DNA of 64,000 bases, taken from NCBI GenBank assembly GCA_013239625.1, contig MU054931.1, forward strand, positions 372,001 through 436,000. The letters are read 5' to 3'. The translations under genes and the position numbers were made by a program. Below are positions 23,850-34,312 of this stretch, in pieces. Position 1 is the first letter of the stretch. Each line of letters starts with the position of its first letter. This stretch comes from Lama guanicoe. Lineage: Eukaryota. Under the pieces are notes generated by a model. That model was given only the letters and a program-made list of their open reading frames with translations, made no database searches and was not told where the DNA came from.

Positions 23850-25629
23850 CTGTGGAGAAGGAGATGGTGTCCGTGTGAAACTCCTCCATCATGCAGGACA
23901 GCGCCTCCATCTCCAAATTGCCCCGCTACACATCACGGCGTCCACGCCTGAAGGCCTAGGAGCCCAAGGGGCTGTGGACAGCAGCTGGAACTAACACTGC
24001 ACACTGACTACATTTCAATAAAAAATAAGAATTAAAAAAAAAAAAGGCTGTGAACAAAGGACCCCCCCCACCTCTGCGAGCAAAGACCACTGTTGCTTTT
24101 GGACGTGTGAGGGAGCTGTCCCTCAGCCTTGCAGAGCTAGGATCACGGAAGGTCTGACCTTGCCCGGGACCCAAGGGATGTCTTAACAGAGAGCTGAGAA
24201 GGGGGATCACTGGATCATCTGTGCAGAGCACACAAATGGGGCTTAACACATATTTCCAACCGAACAAATCAACCTGGATCATTGATTGAGCTCACAACCT
24301 CTCCATCCTCTCTGCAAGGGAGCCTAAACGGGATGCAATGCTTGAACGCAAAACATCATTTTTAGTGGTCAGTCCAAAAATAAAGTGAGAGCTTCAGAAC
24401 AGTGAGAGACAGGGGTGGGGTGGTCATATTTTGGCTGCAAAAAGGCACTGACACAATATAGATGGGCTCCGTGAAGGTATAATGACATCTGCCTCCGACG
24501 CCAAAGGGCTGCTTAGGAGGCTAGGTCCAGATGGCCGCACAGAACAATACAGCCAGATGCTGGCTCAGAACAACAGATAAAGAGGCCGCGCTTCCCCTAA
24601 GGATAGAGCTAACCTTAACAACCAGTTAGTGAACGTGTTTCAGCCAAATCAGACAGGACAAAGAGAATCAGGCCAGGTGAGAGGATGGTGGTTCCCGGGT
24701 CCTGCAGCCATAGAAACGTCTAGCATGGCGCCTGGAGTTTGTTGACTGACTGCTGATCACAGCTGGGCCAAGGGGGTCCCTGGAGAGTGGCTCCCAGATG
24801 GCCTGGAACCTAACAGAGAAGTCTTCGGGGGCTCAGACAGGGAAGAGTCTGCTTTAGTCCTGGCCAGGGACCAGGCTCAGGACAAGGAGCCCGCGGCCAG
24901 GGGTCTCATGCTCAGAACTAGGAATCAGAGAAACATTACAGCAATGGAGAACTTTTGATGTTTACAAAGCTCTTCCATATACATGGTTTCATGTATCCTC
25001 CTGAAAATTCTCTCAAACAATAAGCAGGGGCCACTGAGAGATTCAAGGCTTCAGTGAAAGTAACCCAGCCACTAAGTTGGGACCCTGCAGCTAGGACCCA
25101 GGGTGCCTGTTTCCAGATCGGGAGTCTGCTAAACGGACAGTGACACCCCACCCCCCCAAGCCTACTTCATGTTCAGGTTTCGGCAGTGGGTCCAGCAACT
25201 GATTTAAATAGCACTGAAGTCAGGCCTGGATCTTTCATAAGAAAGAGGTTAAGGGTTTTCATTATTTTAGAAAAATACCCAGCCTTTAGATGAGTTAGGA
25301 CAAGCAATGTGTTCTTTATAACTCATCACCTTCCACCTTTTGTCCTGTATTTTCTTTTCCCCCTGACGTCTCCACTCAGAAAAGTTCTTTTTGAAAATGT
25401 CTAAGTTTCCTCAGTTTCCTCAGGGCTGTTTGCTGTCCCCACTCAAGGCAGATTTCAGCGAGGGGATGAGGATTCTTGGGGAGGATGGGAGTAGTGATTG
25501 TGATGGTGGCCATTTCACGTCAGAATCCCAAGAAAAACCATAGAGCTGGGGCAGATCGGGGGGTACTAGAGGGAAAAATCTGGGAATGATGATGCCAGAG
25601 AGATTGTATTTTCCTAGCAGAATATATAT

Positions 25630-25770
25630 ATTTTTAAATTTTTTTGTAGGGGTAGGTAATTAATTTTATTCAGTTATTTAGTTATTTATTTTAATGGAGG
25701 TACTGGGGATTGAACCCAGGGCCTCGTGCATGCTAAGCATGCGCTCTACCACTGAGCTGTACCGTCCCCC
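25630..25770 (-). mobile_element. tRNA-derived SINE, Vic-1-like, in CADM3 intron 5
   Basis: GGGGGACGGTACAGCTCAGTGGTAGAGCGCATGCTTAGCATGCACGAGGCCCTGGGTTCAATCCCC on the minus strand. Confidence 0.88.
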
Positions 25771-25962
25771 TGTAAATAAAGTTTTATTGGAACACGAGGC
25801 GAGGTGGAGGTGGGGAAGGTTCATTTGTTTACATATGAACTGTGGCTGCTTTCCCGCAGCAGCAGCAGCAGAGTGAAGTAGCTGAGATAGGGACCTTAGG
25901 GCCATCAAAGCCTACAGTGTTTACTAGTGAGCCCTTCACAGAAAAGGTTTACTGACCTTTGG
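25771..25962 (+). mobile_element. hAT-Charlie MITE (MER58A-like) adjacent to the SINE
   Basis: gtaaataaagttttattggaacac...gcccttcacagaaaaggtttactgacc. Confidence 0.65.
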
Positions 25963-26105
25963 CCTAGTCCTGGCACCTCTTGTCTTTAAAAAAAAAAATT
26001 TTTTTTAATTTTTTTTACCTATTCACTTATCTGTGCCTGTGTTTCCCCACCACCACCCCCCCCATCTCACAGCAGACCCTCTCCCCTCACAAGCCCAGGA
26101 CATAC

Positions 26106-26276
26106 ACAAGACTTCGATGCGCTGAGAGGTGGACCTGTCAGCCCCCTTTAGAGACTCATGGTTCACAGAGCACACAATGTCCGCCCCGTCATCCTCCCGG
26201 GTGACCTGGAAGGTCACCGAGCTGCTCACGGTGAAGGTTTTGCCGTTGGGATCCTCCTGTATCCGGGTTGGCTCTC
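26106..26276 (-). CDS. CADM3: CADM3 exon 5 (EPTRIQEDPNGKTFTVSSSVTFQVTREDDGADIVCSVNHESLKGADRSTSQRIEVL)
   Basis: cccag|GAGAGC ... TTGT|gtatgt; 171 nt. Confidence 0.96.
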
Positions 26277-26430
26277 CTGGGAGCAGAAACAGACACGCGC
26301 ATAGACGCAGAGTGGGCCCTCACACGCAGAAAGTGTGGGCCCCACGGCAGACGTACAGATGGCGAGTCTCAACTCAGACTTAGAAAGTTGTGAAATGGAT
26401 ATGAATACACACAGGGAGGATGGAGGCCCC

Positions 26431-26453
26431 GACACACACACACACACACACAC
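26431..26453. repeat. (CA)n microsatellite in CADM3 intron 4
   Basis: gacacacacacacacacacacac. Confidence 0.9.
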
Positions 26454-26599
26454 GAGTGTACACAGACTATCTGTCATGGTCTTTCTCCCTCTAACCATGC
26501 CTTATGTGCGTGTACACAGACATAGACACTTGTGCCCCTCTCTCCTCCCTGCTGCCCCAGCACCCCCTCCCCGGCACCCCCAAAGCAGGAGGAACTTAC

Positions 26600-26737
26600 C
26601 GTGGAGCTCTTGGTCACCTTTCCTCCAGGTGAGCTGGGCTGCAGGTTTGCTCCCAGAAGACTGACAGTTTAGGGTGGTCGTGTCCTTTTCCCGTAACGAT
26701 GACTTGTAGCCAGAGATGACTGGCTTCTGTGGGATTC
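26600..26737 (-). CDS. CADM3: CADM3 exon 4 (Ig domain 2: IPQKPVISGYKSSLREKDTTTLNCQSSGSKPAAQLTWRKGDQELH)
   Basis: gcag|GAATCC ... CACG|gtaagt; 138 nt; within ORF 26502..26744. Confidence 0.96.
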
Positions 26738-27445
26738 CTGCCACGGGTGGGGGGTGGCGAGCATGGGAGGGAGAGGCACCGTGAGGGCATCTCTCAGCTC
26801 CCCCTGCTGAGACGGACTCTTTTGGGGGTCAGGATATCTGGGTTCTGGTTTGGTTTATGATGGGTAGAAGGCTAGAGAAATGATCATCCTCTTTGACCTC
26901 CTCCCTGAGGACCAGGAGGGAAGATGCGGTGGGGGAGCTATGAGAATGGGAGATTTACCACACCTGAGACGTGATACAAGACCCAACACCCTGAAGCACA
27001 ACAGAGTGGCCACAGACATAGGGTGAGGCTCAGGGAAGCAAGGAAGGAAATTGAAATGTAAGATCAAGGTGAGAGCATGCAGGTGGCCGGGGTACTGGCC
27101 TTGGAAATGGTAACCATACACTGCACGCCCTCCTCACACTTCCCTCTCACAATCTTAGGAGGCAGGTGGAAGAGACACTATCATCCTTTTGTTACAGGTT
27201 AGAAAATTCAGGCTCAAAGAGAGTCAGAGATTTGATTTGACCCAGAACAAACAGTCAGCAGAGGAGAAAACATTTCACCCCAGTGCTCTCTGCAGTTTGT
27301 TCTACTGCAAAGGAAACACAAGCTGAACTTTCCCGAAATGCTGGGAGACCGGTACTGCTCTAGGCTGCTTCAGGTCGTCCCCCCCCCCGGGGAGATCTGT
27401 CTGCAAGGAAGCATGCGGCGGAGACCCAGGGCTTGGGAGCCTCAC

Positions 27446-27598
27446 CGAGCACAGTGACGAGGGACTTGGCAGTTCTGACAGGCATGGTGAAGATGGAGCA
27501 GGTGTATTCGCCCTCGTCCGCCAGGGCCACGTTGCTGATGCTGATGCTGAGCTCGTGGGGCGTGGATCGAACCAGCTGAATCCGATTATCTCGAAGGG
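27446..27598 (-). CDS. CADM3: CADM3 exon 3 (Ig V-set second half: LRDNRIQLVRSTPHELSISISNVALADEGEYTCSIFTMPVRTAKSLVTVL)
   Basis: ctcag|CCCTTC ... CTCG|gtgagg; 153 nt; DxGxYxC Ig motif. Confidence 0.96.
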
Positions 27599-28092
27599 CT
27601 GAGGGAAATCGGGAGAATTGGAAGCAGGGCTTTTACTGGCGCCTTTCATCTTTATCTTCCAATCCCAGGCCAGCTTCTTGGGAAGAAGGGCCTGATGTGG
27701 TTTGGGGCAGGGGAAAAAAAACTGCTCCTGAGTTTGAATGGTTTAGGTGATTCAGTCACCTTCCTGGGCCACAGGGGGCTCAGCAGCCTCCAAGATGCTC
27801 AAAAAGTAGGCTGGGCTTCCTTGGGAGGCACATGGGGCAACACTGACACGAGCTGTCTCTCAGGGCTCCTGTGGGGTGAATCACTCCAGGACCCCACAAG
27901 ACCACGCATGGCCTAGGTTAGAGCCATGATAATGAAGTTTCTCTGGAACCTGCTGAGGATCCCGTGGCCTGCTGCTGCCCCAAACAGCACCCACCCACGT
28001 TTCTCAGCCCCTGGACGATACAGACATCTCCCCTCGGCTCTGCAGCCCCCTTCCCCAGCCCCCGTGCAGAGAGACAGTTCATGGGACCCTAC

Positions 28093-28233
28093 CTCTCTTC
28101 TCCCCAAAGTAGAGAGTCTGCTGGGCAGGGTTAGACCACTGCAGGGAGGAATCCTCATGGTCTTTGACTTGGCACTTGAGCACCACGGTGCCACCAGCCA
28201 CCACTGTCTCATCAGATGTCCAGGGCTGACTGT
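28093..28233 (-). CDS. CADM3: CADM3 exon 2 (Ig V-set domain, first half: SQPWTSDETVVAGGTVVLKCQVKDHEDSSLQWSNPAQQTLYFGEKR)
   Basis: ctgcag|ACAGTC ... AGAG|gtaggg; 141 nt, frame maintained. Confidence 0.96.
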
Positions 28234-29892
28234 CTGCAGGCGTAGAAGAGTGTTAGTTTCTGCCCCTCCACCCACTTCTGGGCCAAAGTCCACTTCATCT
28301 AATTCAGACCATCCAAGGCCCGTGTCTCTGTATTCTCTCAACGCATCATGGGGGAAGGAATAGAGGTGGGGATGGGGGAAGGCAGAGGGGGACAGACCTT
28401 TCTCTTGCTTCCAACACAAAAAAAAAAAAAAAAAAAAGCCAGTCACTTGTTGAATGTTTGCTGAATGAACTGACAGGGCCACAATCATTTAGAAGGCACC
28501 CCGGATCTACAGGTACCACTCCACATGTTTCTTTTCTGATAGAGTTCTACCATTCACCTTTGAAAACACACATCTGTCATTCTATGTTTTGTCTTCCTGC
28601 AACCACCTGCATATGACAGCAAGGACAGGAGAAGGGTTGTGACTAATAGTCCCCCAACTGAAAGAGAGAAAAAGGCTAAGCCAGCCCTTGGGTTGGACAT
28701 TCATTTACACAAGAGGTAGCGGAGGAAACTGCAAAACAGACAAACAAACAAAAAAAGATTAAAAAAAAAGACCCCGAAACATTTGGACCCAGACTTTTCA
28801 ATTTCTCCAACAATAACTTCCTTTTGATCCTCTGCTCAATGAACGTACTTCTTCCAGGAGCAGTACGACCCACCTCCCAAATCAACACCAACCCAAATCA
28901 CCATCCTGATGTTATTTGAAAGAATAACGGGGTAACATTTTCTCCGTGATGTGATGGAAGTCTGGTTTCTAATCCCGCTCTCCTTAGTCAAGTTACATAA
29001 AATAAAGACTGAGAAGGTATCGTACAGATCCACCATTTGAATCCCAAAGGTGCCTTCTAGGGACACCCAGGTATGAGCCCCTCAGACTGTGGGACACTTG
29101 CCTTCTCCACCCAGTATTGTCCCATGTTCCCCACAGCACGTCTTCTGATTCCCAAGACTGATTCCCTCATCTTCAGGACTGACTCTCTGGGGCCCAACAG
29201 CACTGACCTCCGCAGAACTAACATAAACAACACCTTCCAGCTCTGCTGCCTGCACCACCCACCAAATTCCTTCTGTGGTGCTCAGTTACTTAACCAGCAT
29301 TGTCCTCTCCGAATGGGAAACCAAGAAACGTACTTCCTACATCCCCTGAGCCACTTAAGACAATCCCCACGCTCCCCATGGCACCAAACCTACGCCTGCC
29401 CTATCTGTTTATTCCTTCTTTCTTGGTCATCAGAACTCCATTTCCAAGAAATTTTCAACGAGCGCTCCCAGCAGAGAAGGGGCCCTGAGGGGTGAAGGTG
29501 GCATGGACTGGGGTTGACCCACTTGAGCGTGGCTGTCTCCAAATTGTAGCAGATAGCCTGACCGCTAGTTTAAGTGTATAGAATCATAAACATTAGAGCT
29601 GATGGGGATCTCAGGGATCATGGAATCCAATGCCCTCATTTCACAGATGTAGACAGTGAGGCAATGGAGGTGAAGTGATTGCCTAAGATCATTTTACTGG
29701 TCGGTGATTCTAGTGGAGACCAGAATCCTCCTGACGCTCAATGCAGTGCTCTTCTCACTGGAATGCACTTTGGGTTAATCATCTAACTTCAGAATTAAAA
29801 CTCTGACTTTGAAGTTAGTGAGCCAGAGACTGAGCTGGCTTAACAAATTTGGAAGTGATATATTCCTTAAATATCTCAGTGAAAGGTTTAGG

Positions 29893-30079
29893 ATAAACAA
29901 GTTTCTATTGTATAGTACACAAGATTTAATATGTTGTAGTAACCTATAATGAAAAAGAATATGAAAAGGAATATATATATATATGTATATATGTATGTCT
30001 GAAACACGATGCTATACACCAGAAATGGACACATGGTAAACTGACTATACTTCAACAGATAAATAAATTAATTAAAAAA
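29893..30079 (+). mobile_element. Short L1 3' fragment with 12-bp TSD
   Basis: L1 3'UTR and A-tail flanked by gaaaggtttagg at 29881-29892 and 30080-30091. Confidence 0.85.
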
Positions 30080-31519
30080 GAAAGGTTTAGGGAATCTTTT
30101 TAGCCATATACCAATCTTTGACTAGTAATCCCACTGTCCCTGGTTCCTTCTGAAGAATTCTACCCTGATTGTGTCTTTCCAAAGAACCTCTTTATTCTGA
30201 GTAATACACTCTTCCTGGAACCATTTTATTTTCAGAAAACGGTGTACGGGACACAGAGATCGCTGTACTGGAGTAAGGGAAGGAGGAGTAGGTGCTGGAG
30301 AAGTTGGTGGTGTAGCACTAAGTACTAAGATGTCAAATGGTAAGGAGGACGAGTTGTGTGGTAATGAGGGGAGTGAGAACACAGGGTGTAGGCAACATGA
30401 GTGGGAGGTGGCGTGAAGATGGCTGAGGGTGCTGAGGGANNNNNNNNNNNNNNNNNNNNNNNNNNNNNNNNNNNNNNNNNNNNNNNNNNNNNNNNNNNNN
30501 NNNNNNNNNNNNNNNNNNNNNNNNNNNNNNNNNNNNNNNNNNNNNNNNNNNNNNNNNNNNNNNNNNNNNNNNNNNNNNNNNNNNNNNNNNNNNNNTGAGC
30601 CCTACATATATGCTGTTACAGTTTGGGGATGGGGAAAAGGATCGGCCCCTATGATAAGGAGGCTCACCAGGACACCTAAGAGAAGGTGGCTTTCTCATAA
30701 AAGGGAGAGATCAACTAGAACCCTGAAAAAGGAAGTGAACTCCTCCTTCTAAGGGGTGAATTAAAGGAGGATGCTAAGCTTCATCAGACAATCATATGAT
30801 GTTCGAGCCAACAGAAATCGTACGGATCATCTGATCCAGGTCTCCCAGTTCACAGATGAGAACAATGAAGCCCACAAGGGTTAAAAGTGACTTGGTGAAG
30901 GTCATACAGAAACAAGAAGGATCATCAAAGACTTTTCATTCCTGATCCAGGTTCTTTCTGCTACACCGTATTACCTACTAAAATAACGACAGGTTTAATA
31001 CTGAGAAAATACTTTCCCATTTAATCCTTTTAATAAATCTGTTAAATAAGTACAGGTCGTATTATCACCTATGCATTGCAGAGCGGAAATGGGGAAATGC
31101 CTTGTCCAAAGTCATACAAATAGAAGAACAAAGGCGGGAAAATAAATGCCTGATTCCAAATCCAAAGCTCTATTTATTTCAAGGTGACAACTCTACCACC
31201 GAAGACACAGACCACTGTTAGGGTTGAAAGTTGCCTCACGCCTTCCCAGATTGTTACCTTCTACTGGTACTCAAATTCTCAAGTTTTCCTCCTCCACCCT
31301 CAGCCCCACTCACTACTTTATATCACTGACTCTGCTCCCTGCTCTGTTACCAAAAAAAACAAACAAAACCCGCCCAAGGCCTGCATTACTGCCTCTCTTC
31401 CTACTAGGTGGCCCCTAAACCCTTTTGTGAAGTACTGTGTAGTGTCAGATGGCCTCTTTTCCCAACTCCACCTGAGAGGTGGAGGGACAAAGAAACCCGC
31501 CACAAGAATCTTTTCAGGC

Positions 31520-32340
31520 TCTCCCGTCGTAGCTCAGAAGTAGCCAATCACGTGTGCAAAATTCAGTGACGTCATCGGCTGCTGAGCAGAGTCCGGAGCT
31601 GCTCCTTGTCCCGGGCCCGGAGTCCCGGCAGAACTTCGCCTCAGGTCCCTGTGCGCCGGCTCCGAGCCAGCGAGGGAGGGCGGCTGCGAGAGGGAAGGAC
31701 GAGAAGGGGACCGAGGGGGCTGGGTAGAGGAGTGGGGAGGGCAGGGGGTGGCAGGGCTGCGAGACTGAACAGTGAAGTGGAGCAGGGGTTTGGGGTCCAA
31801 GAGAAGAAAGGGGACGAGGGAGAGAATTGCCGAGTCACAGAGAAGGAGGGGTGAGGGAGGGGAGAGAGTGGGGGAGGGGGGCAGGGAGGCCGGGGAAGGA
31901 GAGGGAGGTGGCGGGAGGGAGGGGGAGTTTGAGAGTCCCGGTCTCGGCGCAGGGCTCTAAGAGAGCTGCAAAGGCTCACTGGCATCCCAGGAGATGCCTC
32001 CCCTCGCCACTGTTGCTCCTCTTCCAGGAGGTTTGAGAAGTGACTGTTCGCGAACAGGAGAAGCTCTAATGCCCAAATGGAGAGACGCAGTAAAGCAGAG
32101 GAAGACAGGCTATCTGTAACAGGTAGGAGTAAGCAGGAAAGGGAACAAGGGAAGTATTGAAGAAGAGAGGGAAGAAAGATGGGATGGGAGCAGGAAGGGC
32201 GGCCAGGATGAGGACAGGGGCGCTCAGATCCAACAGAGACTCTCCCTGGGGGCAGGCGCGCTCCCTGCTGCTTTCCGTGGACTGCAAGGATGGAGGCAAC
32301 CGGAAGTTGGTGAGTATCTCGTAGTATTTTCAGGTCGTGT
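31520..32340 (+). promoter_or_regulatory. Intronic CpG-rich promoter-like element (CCAAT + E-box + full CRE)
   Basis: CCAAT 31544-31548 abuts CACGTG 31549-31554; TGACGTCA at 31567-31574; CpG-rich tract downstream; ACCGGAAGT at 32299-32307. Confidence 0.65.
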
Positions 32341-33759
32341 GTTTGTGGGTGCTTCAAGGCACAATGGAAAGCCAAATTGGTTGTGCGAAAGCTTGGGGTG
32401 GTGGAAGGACAGGGAGAAGCCAGAGCAGTGCTTAGCCCCACGGTGTTGGTACCCATGCACAAAGTAAGCACTGAATAGACCTTGCTCAAAGCAGAAAATA
32501 GCCATCTTGTACGTCGGCATAGGGCTTTCGGTTTGCAGAGTGGATTTTCAACTATGAATTCATTTAATGTCAAAACAACCTTGAGAGAGAAGCACCGGGT
32601 GGAATCACTTTTAGAGCTGAGGTTTAGAGAGGTTCAGTGACTTACCTAAAGGCACACAAACACACCTCTCCACGATCCTTTCTCTCGCTGGTGGTACTCT
32701 CAAAGCTTTTTCAGCAGTGCCTGTTTCTTACAGCATTTCAGCCCATTGTACTGCAATTTCCTTGTTGAGTTATCAGCCTCCCCATCTAAACTTTGAGTTG
32801 CTGAAGAGCAGGAGTCTCTCCTTATTCATCTTAGCCCTTAGCCCACAGTGGACTCTCAGTGCATTTAATTGGCTCTAGTAATTCATTCAGTCTCAACTGG
32901 CACTGTGCTCTGTCCATTCTTACTCGGGCAGAGCAGCTATCCTGTCCAAACAGCACGGATCTAGTCTTCACTCTCCTGCTCTTTCTTTCCTCTGTGCTGT
33001 CTTCTGCATTCCCCTTAGTTGCTTTTGTCCTTGCTTACAATTCCTTTCATCCCTGCCCTCCTCCTGCATTTGGCTGACATTTTTTTTTCCTGCATAATAA
33101 GATGATGAGTGAAATGATAATGTAGGTCATTCAAACTGTACTGAATTGTTTACATGAGGGGACTGATAACTAAACACATGATCTCCAAGAAATGGCATAT
33201 TGGGGATATGCTTGATATATTGTTTCCGTCGGTTTACAGGAAACTCATGCTGGTTTGTTGTGTCTGAAGAAACTGGTTAAGAAATAGCCCGATTTTCTTT
33301 TCCTGCTGGGGGTGGTATTTTCCCCTCTAATTCTGCAAAGTACTTTTAAGCTCATGTCTGCTCTTGAGAGCTGCCTGCTAACATGCTTGAAACTTTTCTT
33401 GCTGTTTTTATAAAATTGTACAACTGTAATGATAAACCCTGAATGGCCACTCCTCTGGGAACAGATGAGTGGTTATTATATTATTAACAGAAACATGGAC
33501 AAGCGGCAGAAATTATAACCTGGATCGCTAAATCCTTGTTCTTTAGATTTAGGTCATGCTAATTGTTTATGACATCAGCATAAATTCCCTGAATGGATTC
33601 CAACTGGAAAGGAAAACTTATGTGGGGCTCTGAAAAGGTGGCATGCACTTTGCAGTGCCAACAGTGACAGATCTGCTTGGGCAGGGTCATTGGAAGGAAA
33701 TGCAGACTTTGAGACCACAAGACCATCAGTAAGGGGAGGCCCTGGTTACTCAGCCAAAT

Positions 33760-34312
33760 GGGTCATTATTGCTTCCCTGCTTGGGAACCTTCACTGACTT
33801 CCCATTATCTGCAGATAATGTCCAGATTTGTTACCCTGGCTTACAAGATCCTGTACAGTCTGACACCAGTATGCCTTTCAACTTTGTCTTTTCTTTACTT
33901 TGCTCACCCCATATCCCAGACACATGATGTTGTTTGGAATTCTTTCTATAAACCCTTTGCTTTCCTGCTCATAGCTCCCTGCGCCATCATGCCCTTGACC
34001 CATCTTCACATAGCTGAGCCCTATCCATCCATAAAGCCTACTTTTTGTGGCAGTTCCTTCAAGGAGTCGTCTTCCCTGGTTGTCTCAGATAGAAATAGTT
34101 TCTGATTTTTTTTTTTTGAGTTATAACACTTTATCTGCTTTTCTTAACTTATGCATCACTCTCTACTTTGGACTGCAAGTTTGGCTTCCCTCCTAAATTA
34201 TAAGATTCTGCAGGTAGGGTTGGTATCTGATTCACCTCTGTCTCTGGTACTGGCCTTAATACAGCATACTGCACATAGGAGGTAATAAATATTTATTTAA
34301 TAAATGAATCAA
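33760..34312 (+). mobile_element. L2 3' relic
   Basis: Typical L2 3' end ...gcacataggaggtaataaatatttatttaataaatgaat. Similar L2 relics at about 3860-4320, 10110-10650, 53410-53900, 54860-55320, 56790-57400 and 62260-63500. Confidence 0.6.

Noticed and set aside
23886-23905. GGACAGCGCC RE1 right half-site in intron 5
   Set aside because: The left half-site is absent; too weak to call.
25694-25770. tRNA-like sequences with A/B boxes (also at 6850, 9290 and 61480)
   Set aside because: All carry AT-rich SINE tails and recur as dispersed copies, so they are SINEs and not tRNA genes.
31641-32573. 310-aa minus-strand ORF in CADM3 intron 1
   Set aside because: Non-ATG start and Pro/Ser/Leu-rich composition from the G-rich tract; no domain recognised.
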